A stretch of DNA of 64,000 bases from Octopus sinensis. Taxonomy: Eukaryota. The stretch's first letter is position 1, and every line of letters starts with the position of its first letter. Of the stretch, positions 39,397 to 52,385 are shown one piece after another. Below the pieces are notes generated by a model. That model searched no databases and was not told where the DNA came from. It worked only from the letters and a program-made list of their open reading frames with translations. The position numbers were made by a program, and so were the translations under genes. The stretch spans positions 66,464,001 through 66,528,000 of the forward strand of contig NC_042999.1 of NCBI RefSeq assembly GCF_006345805.1, in the 5' to 3' direction.

Positions 39397-39876
39397 ATAT
39401 ATATATATATATATATATATCTATATATATATATACAAGTAACATAAAGAGCGACCCTTCATCAGTATTCCGCTGTCCAACTACTCCTCATTTCGGGCAG
39501 CGGTTATAGTTACCGACTAAGGGATAAAATATCCGTATATACTATCGGTATCTCTTATCTTTATTACCCCCGGGCATTGGTGTGCAGGCACATCAAACAC
39601 GTAGAGTACAGATAACAACAGATAACAAGTGTTTATCAGGAACCAATGCAAATTTAGAAAATCGAGAAAGCCACAGATTACCCAGCACATCGATTGGACC
39701 ATATTTATAGTTTATTTTTAGCAGAACATACTAAGCAATGCTAATATTAAATTTTAAAAAAAAAACATAAAAATAAGCTTTTGACAGATTTATACATATT
39801 TCAAATTTATGATGCCATGATGCTGTGTGTTTCCATTATTTTGTCCAACCCTTTATATGTACATATATATATATAC

Positions 39877-40032
39877 AACAGGCTTCTTTCAGTTTCCGTC
39901 TGCCAAATCCACTGCGAAGGCTTTGGTCGGCCGGAGGCTATAGTAGAAGACACACATCGAAGGTTTGAACACAGTCTATCAGAACTCGGAACTATGTGGT
40001 TGGGAAACAACCTTCTTACCGTACAGCCATAC
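39877..40032 (-). mobile_element. SINE family A head
   Basis: Reverse complement of the family A head. Confidence 0.8.
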
Positions 40033-41284
40033 ATATGTACGTACATATATTTCTTTTTTTGTTTCTCTGTGGATTGCGTGTTGGTTTCTCTTTTTGTCAT
40101 GTGTGGTTTTATTTTTGATCTTCCATATAGATGAAGATATTTCCTCCGTCTGGTTGCATTTCTTTATAACCAAATGAAGAGGTACATTGCGGAACAGTTA
40201 TTTTAACGAGTTTTATTTAATTATCACCCGACGAGATACATATGCACCACCGGATGCCCCTGAGCCAGTTGTTGAGTATCCCACCCAAAAAGAATCGATG
40301 CTAGATGTTTAGAAACAATTGTGATTGATAATAAATTCTTGTACATTCCATCTTCTCTCTTTCATTTGCTATATATATATGTGTGTGTATGTGTGTATGT
40401 ATATATATATATGTAAGTACATATGCATGTATATACATGTATGCACATATATGTGTATGTATGTGTGTGCATTTCTATATATATGAATAATCATATGTTC
40501 CAGGGACATAGTACATTTACGTAATCATCTGTATACTTTTGTAAGTTTGTTGTGCACTTATGTGATTATGTAAATGTGTGTATGACGTACATAAGTACAT
40601 TTATCAATGAATAATGCATACATGCACATGTGGTTACTTTTATACGTACATACATATGCTTCTCTGTGTACTGTGCGGTATGTGTGCTTGCTTATGTTTT
40701 TGTGAGTGTGAGTGTGTTTTCTCTGTGTTATCTATTGTGCATATAAAGATTATCGTCTGCTTTACGGAATCTTATTCTAATTCCATATAGCGATTTTAGA
40801 GATAAAAGACATCTCAACGAGAAACAGAAAACTCCATGTACGTATGTATTTATGGATGGATGGATGTATGTATGTATGGATGGATGGATGGATGGATGGA
40901 TGGATGGATGGATGGATTGATTGATTGATGGATGGACGGATGCACACACATTCTTCATCATTTTCTTAATTCTCATCCCACTGTTCTTTCCTCCCTCATC
41001 TCCTGGCATTTATTCTCCTTTCCTTTTAAGTTTTTCTACCAGGGCAGACATTTTAAAACTATCTTTTAAAAAACATTCTTTTTTCACCCTTCTGTAACAA
41101 GCAGTTCTACTCTTAGTTGATGCCCACATCGTCTAAGGCTATTAGGTCTTCACCACAGTACGGCCTTCCCTTTCTCCTTAGACATTGAACCATTTCTATA
41201 ACCTCCATGGACTTTTCATCGCTCTTTTATTCTTTTGTCTTCAAAATTTTCTATTCTCTCAAAATGGTAAAATTTGTTGTTATA

Positions 41285-41442
41285 GGCGTAGGAGTGGCTG
41301 TGTGGTAAGTAGCTTGCTTACGAACCACATGATTCCGGATTCAGTCCCACTGTATGACACCTTCTACTATAGCCTCGGGTCGACCAAAACCTTGTGAGTG
41401 GATTTGGTAGACGGAAACCGAAAGAAACCCATCGTATATATG

Positions 41443-41494
<52 letters not shown>

Positions 41495-41716
41495 CGTGTG
41501 TGTGTGTGTGTTTCTGTGTCTGTGTTTTTCCTCCAATATCGCTTGACAAGCGATGCTGGTGTGTTTACGTCCCCATAACTTAGCGGTTCGGCAAAAGAGG
41601 CCGATAGAATAAGTACTAGGCCTACAAAGAATAAGTCCTGGGGTCGATTTGCTCGACTAAAGGCGATACTCCAGTATGGTCACAGTCAAATAACCGAAAC
41701 AAGTAAAAAAGTAAAA
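41285..41716 (+). mobile_element. full SINE family A with internal (TA)n(TG)n
   Basis: Same structure as 38788-39196. Confidence 0.92.
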
Positions 41717-41954
41717 GATTATCTGTGTTGCTTTCAATTAATTTTTCTCCAGTTCTATTACTATTATTTTCTATCATTGTTATTATTTCCTTCGTACCTC
41801 TCCCTGAGCTTACATTTTTCCTCTTTCTACTTTTCTTGTTTATTTTCTTTGTTTGTTCTTTTTATCTATATTTCAGCCCCGTTTATGCTTTTGATATCTC
41901 TCCACGTGCCTCACGATTTATCTTCTCTTACAGAACTAAAAATCATTTTTGTCT

Positions 41955-42012
<58 letters not shown>

Positions 42013-42164
42013 TATATACACATACAAATAAGAAAGATACACACACACACACGTATATATATATATATATAAACATATATATATGGATATTTATATATGT
42101 ATGTGTGTGTGATATACATATATGTATGGTTAATATAGGTAAATATATTTCCTATATACAAATG

Positions 42165-42410
42165 TAAGTGAGGGTGCATAGCCTAATGTTTAGGGTGTTT
42201 GTACTCTTAATTGCGATATTGTGGTTTCAATTCCGAGACCGGGTGGGGCATTGCGTTCTTGAGCATCACACCTCATCTCACTTTGCCCTGCGATCACTTC
42301 GACCACCGAAGCGTGCTACTCAGAGCGCCTGTTCCGACAAGGTTGATTTGATGGAGAATATGAGCTAATGCGCGGCATGAACAAATCAGTTTGTGCAAGT
42401 CGTTCGGCAA
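42165..42410 (+). mobile_element. degenerate tRNA-SINE
   Basis: gcatagcctaatgtttagggtg..ggtttcaattccgagacc head. Confidence 0.55.
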
Positions 42411-42449
42411 AAGCAGAATGCTTATAGACTTTAGCGGAAGAGTCGATCA

Positions 42450-42720
42450 CACATTAAGTGCAGAAACAGGTCGGAGTGAACGATGTAGTATCAGAGGACC
42501 GAAACTGAAGCTCCGCTGGCTAGACGGGTCGCAAGATTCACAGACAACAGGTGGTCCCGTGCAATTGCCGAGTGGTATGCAAAAGAATGGGAAAGGACAC
42601 GTGGATGGTTTCAATGACAATGGGGAGACCATTTAGTCAAGCAATTTGTCAAGATGGAGAAGAATAGCAAAATCTAGACAAAATCGAAAAGCATTATGTG
42701 GTGTGTAACGCCATCTGGTG
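42450..42720 (+). mobile_element. RTE-clade LINE 3' fragment
   Basis: Frameshifted KLRW.GRVARFTDNRWSRAIAEWY..QWGDHLVKQF..WRRIAKSR, typical of the RTE C-terminus. Confidence 0.7.
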
Positions 42721-42948
42721 TCCTACAAAATGTGCTGCATACTATTTTCTTTTTTTGTCGACTAACTCGGGTATGTGTGTGTGTGTGTGACTGAGTAATA
42801 TTTCTGCGTGACTGTGTGTCTGTGTGTCTGCGTGACTCTGTACCTGTGTGTGTTTACGCGTGCTTTTGTCTGTGTATTTATATATAAATATATAAAAATA
42901 TATAAATGCTTATATAAATCACAGACGCACACACAAACATTTATATGT

Positions 42949-43103
42949 GTGGCTGTGTGGTAAGTAGCTTGCTAACCAACCACATGGCTCCGGGTTCAGT
43001 CCCACTGCGTGGCATCTTGGGCAAGTGTCTTCTGCTATAGCCCCGGGCCGACCAATGCCTTGCGAGTGGATTTGGTAGACGGAAACTGAAAGAAACCTGT
43101 CGT

Positions 43104-43199
<96 letters not shown>

Positions 43200-43400
43200 T
43201 TGTGTGTCTGTGTTTGTCCCCCTAGCATTGCTTGACAACCGATGCTGGTGTGTTTACGTCCCCGTAACTTAGCGGTTCGGCATAAGAGACCGATAGGATA
43301 AGTACTGAGCTTACAAAGAATAAGTCCCGGGGTCGATTTGCTCGACTAAAGGCGGTGCTCCAGCATGGCCGCAGTCAAATGACTGAAACAAGTAAAAGAG
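42949..43400 (+). mobile_element. full SINE family A with internal (TA)n(TG)n
   Basis: Same structure as 38788-39196. Confidence 0.92.
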
Positions 43401-43412
43401 AAAAAGAGAAAA

Positions 43413-43466
<54 letters not shown>

Positions 43467-43659
43467 GGGGGAGGGAGGGAGAGAAGGGAGAGAAAGAGTG
43501 AAAGCAATACCACAATACAGACCTAGATCCTGAGCTGTATATGACGTCACATAGTTCCTTGCAGAATTAAATATAAGACAGTTAGGCTGGGATAATCCAT
43601 TTGAGAGAATATTGTTCATATTTTTGTTATATAAAAAGCTTAAGCTACGCCGTTTACTG

Positions 43660-43841
43660 TAGCATTGTCACCAGCAGCAGCAGCATCAGCATCAATATCT
43701 TTCTTCCTCATCATCGTCCACATTTCTTCAGCATCAACAAGAGCAGCATTCATATTTATCATCATCACGTCGTTGCATTTATCATCATTATTGTTATCAG
43801 CATCATATCAGCAGAAGCAACGCTCTTGTAACATTATAACA

Positions 43842-43875
<34 letters not shown>

Positions 43876-44442
43876 TATCATCATCGTCATCGTCGTTGAC
43901 GACGTCGTCGACGTCGTCGTCGTCAGCATCATCATCATCATCATCAACGTGAACGTCGTGTTCTTACCATGATGAAGCTTATTTTCACCGTACACATCTT
44001 CACGTATTCAACGTCGTCAACATCATTGCCTTCAACATCATCATCATCATCATCCTCGACAACATTAACATATTCATCATCATTAGCATCACGGTCAATG
44101 GTCATTACCGCCATTGTCGTCATCATCATCATCATCTTCATCATCATCATCATCATCATCTGCATCATTAGCTTCAAAATTATTACCAACACCACCACCC
44201 TTTTCATCAGCATCATCATTATCATCGTCGTCACCATCATTATCTTTAAAATCTTCAGCAGCAGCTGCAGTAGTAACGTCCTCTTCGTAATCATCAAAAT
44301 CATCATCATCAAAATTAACATCGTTTTCTCACCACACTGAAGATTATTCTCCTCATATTCGTCTTCACGTTAGCGTCATCCACTCCCTTTAATAGTAGTG
44401 GTGGTGGTGGTGGTGGTGGTGGTGGCGGCGGTAGTAGTAGTA

Positions 44443-44494
<52 letters not shown>

Positions 44495-44520
44495 CAAAGC
44501 TACAATTGCAGCTGTTGTTG
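43660..44520. repeat. composite (CAT/CAC/CAG/CGT)n array followed by (GGT)(AGT)n
   Basis: Direct inspection. Confidence 0.9.
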
Positions 44521-44529
44521 TTGTTGTTG

Positions 44530-44886
44530 AGCGAACGGTCTTCGTCCCAGAGCTCGCAAGATGAGGGAAGTCCGAAACGTGGTCCTTGGCTATTCGTCAG
44601 GCTCGCAGAAGAGAAAGCAGGTCAACCCCCGACACCGAGAGCATCGACGGATGGATGAATGCGAATCCAGGCTCAGCGGTTGCGTAGGATGTCGGGGACA
44701 AGAAACAGGAAGAAAGAGTGAGAGAAAGTTGGAGCGAAAAAGTACAACAGGGGTCGCCACCACCTCCTGCCGTCGTCTCGTGAAGCTTTAGGTGTTTTCG
44801 CTCAATAAACACACACAACACCCGGTGTGGGAATCGAAACCGCGATCCTCCGACCGCGAGTCCGCTGCCCTAGCCATTGCGCCTCC
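44530..44886 (-). mobile_element. SINE family C head with another alternative tail ending in (CAA)n
   Basis: Head matches 20310-20480; tail 44530-44700 is unrelated to the other tails. Confidence 0.8.
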
Positions 44887-44984
44887 ACTACAGTTGCTGC
44901 TGCCTAAGCAATCTGTTTGACTGCGTAGTTACTGTTACTGGATTCCTCGCGTTACTGTCGGAACCAGCCCAACGCGACTGTCAT

Positions 44985-45273
44985 AATAATAATGATAATG
45001 ATGATCATGATCATGATGATAATAATAATAATAACAACAACAACAAGAATAATAACATCAATAATAATAATCATAATAATGATAAAAATAATATTACTAA
45101 TTATAACAACAACTACAACGATAATAATGATAATAAAAGCATTAATAACAATAACAACAGCAAAAATAATAATAATGATAATAATAATATCGATAATAAT
45201 AATATTAATAATGATCATAATAATAATAATAGTAACAACATCAATAATAATAACCATTCTAATATTAATAATG

Positions 45274-45309
<36 letters not shown>

Positions 45310-45341
45310 TTAATAATAATAATTAAAAATAATAATAATAT

Positions 45342-45389
<48 letters not shown>

Positions 45390-45464
45390 TAATAATAATA
45401 ATTAAAAATAATAATAATATTTAATAAAATAATAATAATAATAATATTTAAAATAATAATAATA

Positions 45465-45500
<36 letters not shown>
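44985..45500. repeat. long (AAT)n composite array
   Basis: Direct inspection. Confidence 0.95.
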
Positions 45501-45502
<2 letters not shown>

Positions 45503-45769
45503 TAGGCAGAAATTCACGTTGGTGCTCATGGGAACTGCCCATATCCTATGTAAATTAATGTCTCCGTAATTTCCAATTTTAAAACAAACACATAATTTAC
45601 TTACGTTTTCTTAAAACACTTTCTAGAAGAATACTATTTACAAAACCAAATATATTGCACTCTCAGCATAACACCAACTTGAACTTCTAACTTTGTAGTC
45701 TCTTGAGGTCTCCGGGTGAGACTTGAAGTCAACTTCTACAAATACAAAGCAAAACTCAACATATAATAC

Positions 45770-45770
<1 letters not shown>
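45501..45770 (+). mobile_element. 5'-truncated R4/Dong 3' end, same family as 45837-49861
   Basis: gtgctcatgggaactgcccatatcct and gtctcttgaggtctc.gggtgagacttg match 49590-49860; TAA on both sides. Confidence 0.85.
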
Positions 45771-45836
<66 letters not shown>

Positions 45837-48800
45837 CCGGAGATAAAACTATCAACAAAAAAAATACAGACGAATATAGATCTGCTAGTCTTAAGAAGCG
45901 GCGCTATGAGCAATGATTACATGTAGTGAACCCTAAACTGACAGATCCATCTCCTAATATAAGAATGGATGCTCGTCATGCTTCAAGGTCAACAAATCAA
46001 ACAATAAACCGCATTGGTCATTGCGCGGATTACAAAAGACCACGTACCCGAAAATTGAACCAAATCCTGATTGAAAAATCAGTTACTGGATCAAATTCCC
46101 AACACACAGGAGCTGGACGACCCCACAACCGGAATATTCCAACAGATGGCCATCCATGCTCATCACCAAATAATCAAAAGAAAAAGAAGGAAAAATGGTC
46201 TAGGGAAGATAATAAAGAAGTTCTTGAGGCCTTCTACCATGCCATATATTTCCCCACAGATAAGTCTAGCACTGTACAAGCATACTTAAACTGGAGACAG
46301 AAACACCCTGAAGTAAGACCCTACATAGACAGTAACAAGCTTGCCAATGTTAGAAGAAACATTATAAAAAAGAAATTACTGACTGAAGTAGAGATTGATC
46401 AGGTTAGACAAGCAATATCGGATAAAATGAACGAAGCTGCAGCTAGAGAAGATAATACAGAGAAATGATTATAGACCAGCCCAGGGCGGATAAAAACGAA
46501 GAGAGGATTGAAAGAGTTAGTATAAGTGATAGGCAAAGTGAAATACGCCCTGAACCAATCATAAACACTAAGACAGATGAGCATCAAATAGATAAAGAAA
46601 GTCACACAAATATTGACCCAACAGAACTACATGAGCTAAAAAATCAAATCATGATTGAATGGCTGAAAATTAAAGAAACCAGCATGGATGAGCGTGATAC
46701 ACTTCCTAAAATCTGCAACTCTAACCAAAACATGAAAATAATTGGTAAAATCCGGCTTGCACTTAAGGATATAATTTCAGTTAATGATGTTGATATCACA
46801 AACCTCAACCACCTATACTATGCATCCGCGAAAATCTCAACGATCCTATGTGGTTAAAGATTAGAAAACGGCAACAGTCCCACAAAAAGCCTTCTTGGCA
46901 AGAGCGTCTGCAACAACAAATTAAAGTATTTAGATCTGACATTGAATATTGAAAAACCTTAAGGCTCACAAGACTACCAAACCTACAAAAACCCAAACAT
47001 TACTGAAAAAAAACAATATGAAAACTATACTTGATATTGATGCCACCATAGAAACCATCAAACAAAAGGTATCTGCCAAAGCTGCCCGCATAGCGAGGTA
47101 TGAAAAGCGTGTTAGATTTTTCAAGGACAACAACATGTTCAAAAATAACACCAAGAATTTTTACAGGAAGATAGGAAAAACAGCGTTTACTGCAGGGTCT
47201 GTACCATCAAAAGAAGAAGTGCAGAGATTTTGGAATAAAATCTGGGCAGAGAGAGAAAAAACACACAACGAAAAGGCCCCCTGGATTGACAGAATATCTA
47301 CAGAACTGGACCCCTTAGAAGAGCAAAAGTGGGAGGGTGTCAGGTAGGTAGAAGATATAAGATCTCTCTCAGGAGGTCAAGCAAATGGAAGTCTCCAGGA
47401 AAGGATAAAATTCCTAACTTCTGGCTGAATGCCTTCCAGAGAGCCATGAACTGCTAACAGAACTGTACAATGATGTTTTGCAACACCCTAGTAGGATGCC
47501 TCCTTGGCTAGTTAATGGGTTAACATTCCTGCTTCCAAAAAGTGAAGAAACAAATGAACCAAAAAACTATAGACCCATAACCTGCTTAACAACTATGTAC
47601 AAAACACTAACATCTGTCCTGACGGAATACCTATAGTTTTTTAACAGACAGCAGCATATTCCCTAATGAACAGAAAGGATGTAAACGTGGATCCTACGGC
47701 TGTAAAGACCAACTACTCATCAATAAGATGATCTTAGAAGATTGTCACAAACGACACAAAAACTTATCAATAGCCTGGATAGACTATAAAAAGGCTTTTG
47801 ATAGCCTACCACATAGCTGGATTAGGAAATGCCTTGAAATGTATAAGATAGCACCAACTCTGCGAAACTTCTTGACTGTAAGTATGAGATCATGGAGAAC
47901 CACACTAACTCTGAACAGTGACAGTGAATCCCTAAATGCTGGTGATGTAAAAATTTCGTGTGGCATTTTCCAGGGTGACTCACTGTCACCACTCCTCTTT
48001 TGTTTATCCTTAATACCTCTCTCAAAGCTGCTCAATGGCGCGCAGTACGGGTATAAAATGTTTGAAAAATATAAATCATCTCGTTTACATGGATGATTTA
48101 AAGCTTTTTGCAAAAAATGATCAACAACTCAAGGGCTTACTAGCGATAGTCAAACAATTCAGTGACGACATCAGAATGCAATCGGCCTCGATAAATGTGC
48201 AAAGGCTACCTTTATCAAAGGAAAAATGACAGAAACATCTAACGTTAACCTTGACCAACAGAATGTCATAAAAGAACTAGACCCAGCGGAGAGCTACAAG
48301 TACCTAGGGGTAATTGAAGGGAACGGAATAAGGCATTCAGAGATGAAGGAAAGGATCAGGAGAGACTGCTATCGAAGAGTGAGAGCAATACTCAAGACAG
48401 AGCTGAATGCAAGAAACAGGATCGAAGCAATCAATGCATAGCTATACCAGTCGTGACTTACAGTTTCAATATTGTTAACTGGTCAATTACTGAAATATGT
48501 CAGCTCGACAGAAAAATAAGGAAACTGTTGACAATGCATAGAATGCACCACCCTAAGGCAGATACAGAACGACTCTATCTGCCAAGAAAAGAGGGAGGCC
48601 GTGGTCTTTTGCAACTGGCAATAACAATGAAGATTGCTACAATTGGCCTAGACACCTACCTGAAAAACTCTGAGGACTGGATGTTAAAACTTGTCTCAAA
48701 ACATGAAAACAAGAAAGCATCATACTCAGTCACAAAACAGGCAAAGGAATATCTAAGTGAATTCCGAATACAACCAATTTCGGAATTAGAGATAGACATA

Positions 48801-49861
48801 CGAGAAACAAGCACAGAAAAAGCTAGGCGCATGAAAACCCGTGCCAAAACTGCGGCCTTAGATATTCTGAATAATAAATGGCAAGAAAAACCTCTCTATG
48901 GCAAATACCCAAAGAGAGCGAATAATGCAGATATCGACAAAGCCCTGACCCATCAATGGCTAACGGCCTCTGGCTTAAAATCTGAAACAGAGGGGTTTAT
49001 CATAGCAGCTCAAGATCAATGCCTACCAACAAGAAACTACCAGGCCAACATATTAAAGATCAGAAGCAGTCCAACGTGTGTCGTGTATGCAAGCAACAAA
49101 ATGAAACCATTGACCATGTGGTCTCCAAGTGCAGTCTTCTAGCGCCTACAGAGTATCTCAACAGGCACGAAAGAGCTGCACAATATATTCACTGTAATCT
49201 GTAAAAACCTGGATTTGCCCCATGAAAAAAACTGGTGGGAACACAAACCACCCCCAGTGCTTGAAAATGACCACATCTCACTCCTCTGGAACTTCACCAT
49301 TCAAACTGACAGGAAGATAGATGCAAATAGGCCAGACATCATATTGAAAGACTTCAAACAAAGAACATGCCTCCTCATTGATATGACTGTCCCAATCGAT
49401 ATAAACGTATCTGTCAGGACCTACCAAAAACTGAGCAAATATAAAGATCTTGAAATAGAAATCAGCAAAATGTGGAAGCTGAAGACTAAAACAATACCTG
49501 TTGTCATAGGTGCCCTGGGAATGATAGCAAAAGGGGCTGATAGCTACCTAACTCAGATACCAGGAACCCAAAAATGGCAGAAGTTCAAAAGATAGTGCTC
49601 ATGGGAACTGCTCATATCCTACGCAAAATACTCTCTATGTAACCTCAAGGTTTAAAACAACCATAATTTTCGGTTTAAAAAAAAAAAAAAAAAAAAAAAT
49701 TTTTTTTTTTTAGACATTCATTAGTACAACATCCCCACCCCTCAAATATATGGCACACTAGGCATAACAACAACATGAACTTCCAACCCTGTTGTCTCTT
49801 GAGGTCTCTGGGTGAGACTTGGAGCCAACTTGTACAAATATAAAGCAAAAGTCAAACATAG
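45837..49861 (+). mobile_element. near-full-length R4/Dong-clade non-LTR retrotransposon inserted in (TAA)n
   Basis: N-terminal KWSREDN Myb-like region, RT motifs ([39 protein letters not shown]), CCHC (CRVCKQQNETIDHVVSKC), RLE (RPDII..LLIDMTVP..K..KY); TAA arrays on both flanks. Confidence 0.95.
45926..49641 (+). pseudogene. single RT-RLE ORF broken into ~10 pieces
   Basis: Consecutive ORF-track fragments join by small frameshifts; ends VQKIVLMGTAHILRKILSM*. Confidence 0.9.
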
Positions 49862-49885
49862 AATAATAATAATAATAAAAATAAA

Positions 49886-49928
<43 letters not shown>

Positions 49929-49933
49929 TATCG

Positions 49934-50250
49934 CAGCGTGGAAAATGTTTATAAGCCATTTAAGAAACACACAAAAACCGTTAGATTCACTTCAACATTT
50001 AAATTTAATTCGCCAAAATATTTTCGTCGTTTTGAGACCGCGACCTGCAGCACGGAATTTTGTCAGTGAACAGGTCGCGGTCCCAAAGCGACAAAAATAT
50101 TTTGACAAATTAAATTTAAATGTTGAAATGAATCTAACGGTTTTTGTGTCTCTTAAATGGTTTATAAACACCTTCCACGCTGCAATTATTTTCGTTCCAG
50201 CACGCGATCTCAGATCAGGTCACTTGGTATGAAAGTATATCTCCGTAAAT
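49934..50250. mobile_element. fold-back hammerhead element, older copy (arms ~90% identical)
   Basis: 49934-50047 is inverted to 50071-50183; hammerhead at 50059-50109 has G12A. Confidence 0.85.
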
Positions 50251-50420
50251 ACTTTATTTCCCAATCCAAAAATTCAAGAAGATAAGCCCCTCCAATATAT
50301 ACAAACTTCACAATCACAAAAACTGTAAACCACCGCAAAACTTTAAAACACAAAAAGAGGAAAAATTTTACAAATCGAAAAAAAAAAACAATCCGAGGAT
50401 TCAAAAGTTCAGCGATGTAA

Positions 50421-50459
<39 letters not shown>

Positions 50460-50464
<5 letters not shown>

Positions 50465-50791
50465 CGGAGATGTACTCGCATAGCAAGTAATTTGATCTGA
50501 GATCGTGTGCTGAAATGAAAACAATTGCAGCGTGGAAGGTGTTTATAAGCCATTTAAGAAACACACAAAAGCCGTTCGATTCACTTCAACATTTAAGTTT
50601 AATTTGTCAAAATATTTTCGTCGCTAAAATCCGCGACCTGTTCACTGTCAGCACGGATTTTTGTCAGTGAACAGGTCGCGGATTTTAGCGACGAAAATAT
50701 TTTGACAAATTAAACTTAAATGTTGAAGTGAATCGAACGGCTTTTGTGTGTTTCTTAAATGGCTTATAAACACCTTCCACGCTGCAATTGT
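50460..50791. mobile_element. fold-back hammerhead element, young copy (127-bp perfect arms), in (TA)n
   Basis: 50521-50647 is the exact reverse complement of 50665-50791. Confidence 0.9.
50660..50709 (+). ncRNA. minimal type I hammerhead motif, G3-C8 variant, intact
   Basis: tttgtca GTGAACA g gtcgc ggatttta gcgac GAAA atat T T tgacaaa; stem I 7 bp, stem II 5 bp, palindromic AATATT stem III. Confidence 0.7.
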
Positions 50792-50793
50792 GT

Positions 50794-50859
<66 letters not shown>

Positions 50860-52004
50860 TGATCGCTTGTAGTACTTAACAGATTTGACCTCTGTTGACC
50901 GAAAGGGTGTGACGCTTCTTTTGTCCCTTGATCGCACTAGGAATGCAAAGTCGCATTGTTGATCTCACCATCTACCGAACCTATTTTCAGACCCGTGGAG
51001 TTTGGTTAATTCACCAGGCTGCTTCTCTTTCTCCATCTGCTCCAACCCTCACATATTTATGATTATTTCATGTACAAGACAAAAGTTAAAACTAAACAAT
51101 ATTTAATAATACCACACAGTAATTGGAGCAAACTTAGCAACTCAAGACGGTTATTATACCAGTGGTTGTAGAGGCGCTGGAAATGATCCGTAAAGTAACT
51201 GAAAAATATTTGACTCTGGTTCTGTTCTGATGAGTATTTTTTAGCTGCTGCAAGTGTTGTTATGATTTACGTTTATTGTTCAGGGATTCTGATGATTTGC
51301 AATAAAACTTCGTTAATTGTCAAGAGATCTATCGTTTTTATTGAACTTTCTATAAGTACTGTTCTGTATTTAAGTAGAGAAAGTTGTTGCTATTACTTTT
51401 TGTTGTAGCTCCGCATTCTGGATTAATCTTGGATTGCAAGATGTTTGGGCAGAGACATACCAATCTTTACATCTTTTTATTCGATTCATAATTAATGTAA
51501 GTCGAGTGGGAAAACATCTTCCAATATGTCCTTCATCATTTATAATAAAGTGTACCTGATATGAGGGAAATTGATTACTATTTCTTGCAGATCAGCTGAT
51601 TGTCTCCATTCAGAATCTGTTGGTCATTTACGTGTGCTAGAAATTTTGAGCAAGGGATACCTTGCATAATGATGTGGAGGAGGAGAAGAAAAAGTATGGA
51701 TGTGTATGTGTACACAGCCTCTAGAGTGTGGTCATCACCTCATTTTGGATGAAATCTGCAATATATATAAGAAGTGCCACAAAAAATTATCAACGTTACA
51801 ACCAAATCGAGAATGTAGCTTGGGAACCAGATATTTATCTGGTATATTTCTCAGTGTGTATGTGTGTGTGTGCGTGTATGAGTGTTTGCGTGTGTACCCG
51901 CGAAGAGACAGAGAGAGACAGAGAGACAGAGACAGCGAGAGAGAGGAAAGGCAGTGCAGGTGGCTTGACTAAACAATAAGAAATTACTAAACTTGATATA
52001 AAAT

Positions 52005-52385
52005 AGATGCATGGACATGGAAGCACTCCGTCGGTTACGACGACGAGGGTTCCGGTTGATCCGAATCAACGGAACAGCCTGCTTGTGAAATTAACGTGTA
52101 AGTGGCTGAGCACTCCACAGACACGTGTACCCTTAACGTAGTTCTCGGGGATATTCAGCGTGACACAGAGAGTGACAAGGCCGGCCCTTTGAAATACAGG
52201 AAGTAAGAGTGAAAGAAAGTTGTGGTGAAAGAGTACAGCAGGGATCACCACCATCCCCTGCCGGAGCTTCGTGGAGCTTTAGGTGTTTTCGCTCAATAAA
52301 CACTCACAACGCCCGGTCTGGGAATCGAAACCACGATCCTATGACCGCGAGTCCGCTGCCCTAACCACTGGGCCAATGCGCCTCC
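52005..52385 (-). mobile_element. full SINE, family C head with a third tail type
   Basis: Head 52250-52385 matches 20310; tail ctgtatttcaaagggcc...gagtgctcagccactt. Confidence 0.85.

Noticed and set aside
39450-39515. Minus-strand gccc GAAA ... CTGATGAA gggt (type II-like order) and a 9-bp hairpin
   Set aside because: Stems I and III cannot be formed between the motifs.
51409-51496. AG/GTAAGT-bounded 88-nt open segment (SAFWINLGLQDVWAETY..)
   Set aside because: No recognisable protein and no phase-compatible neighbouring exon.
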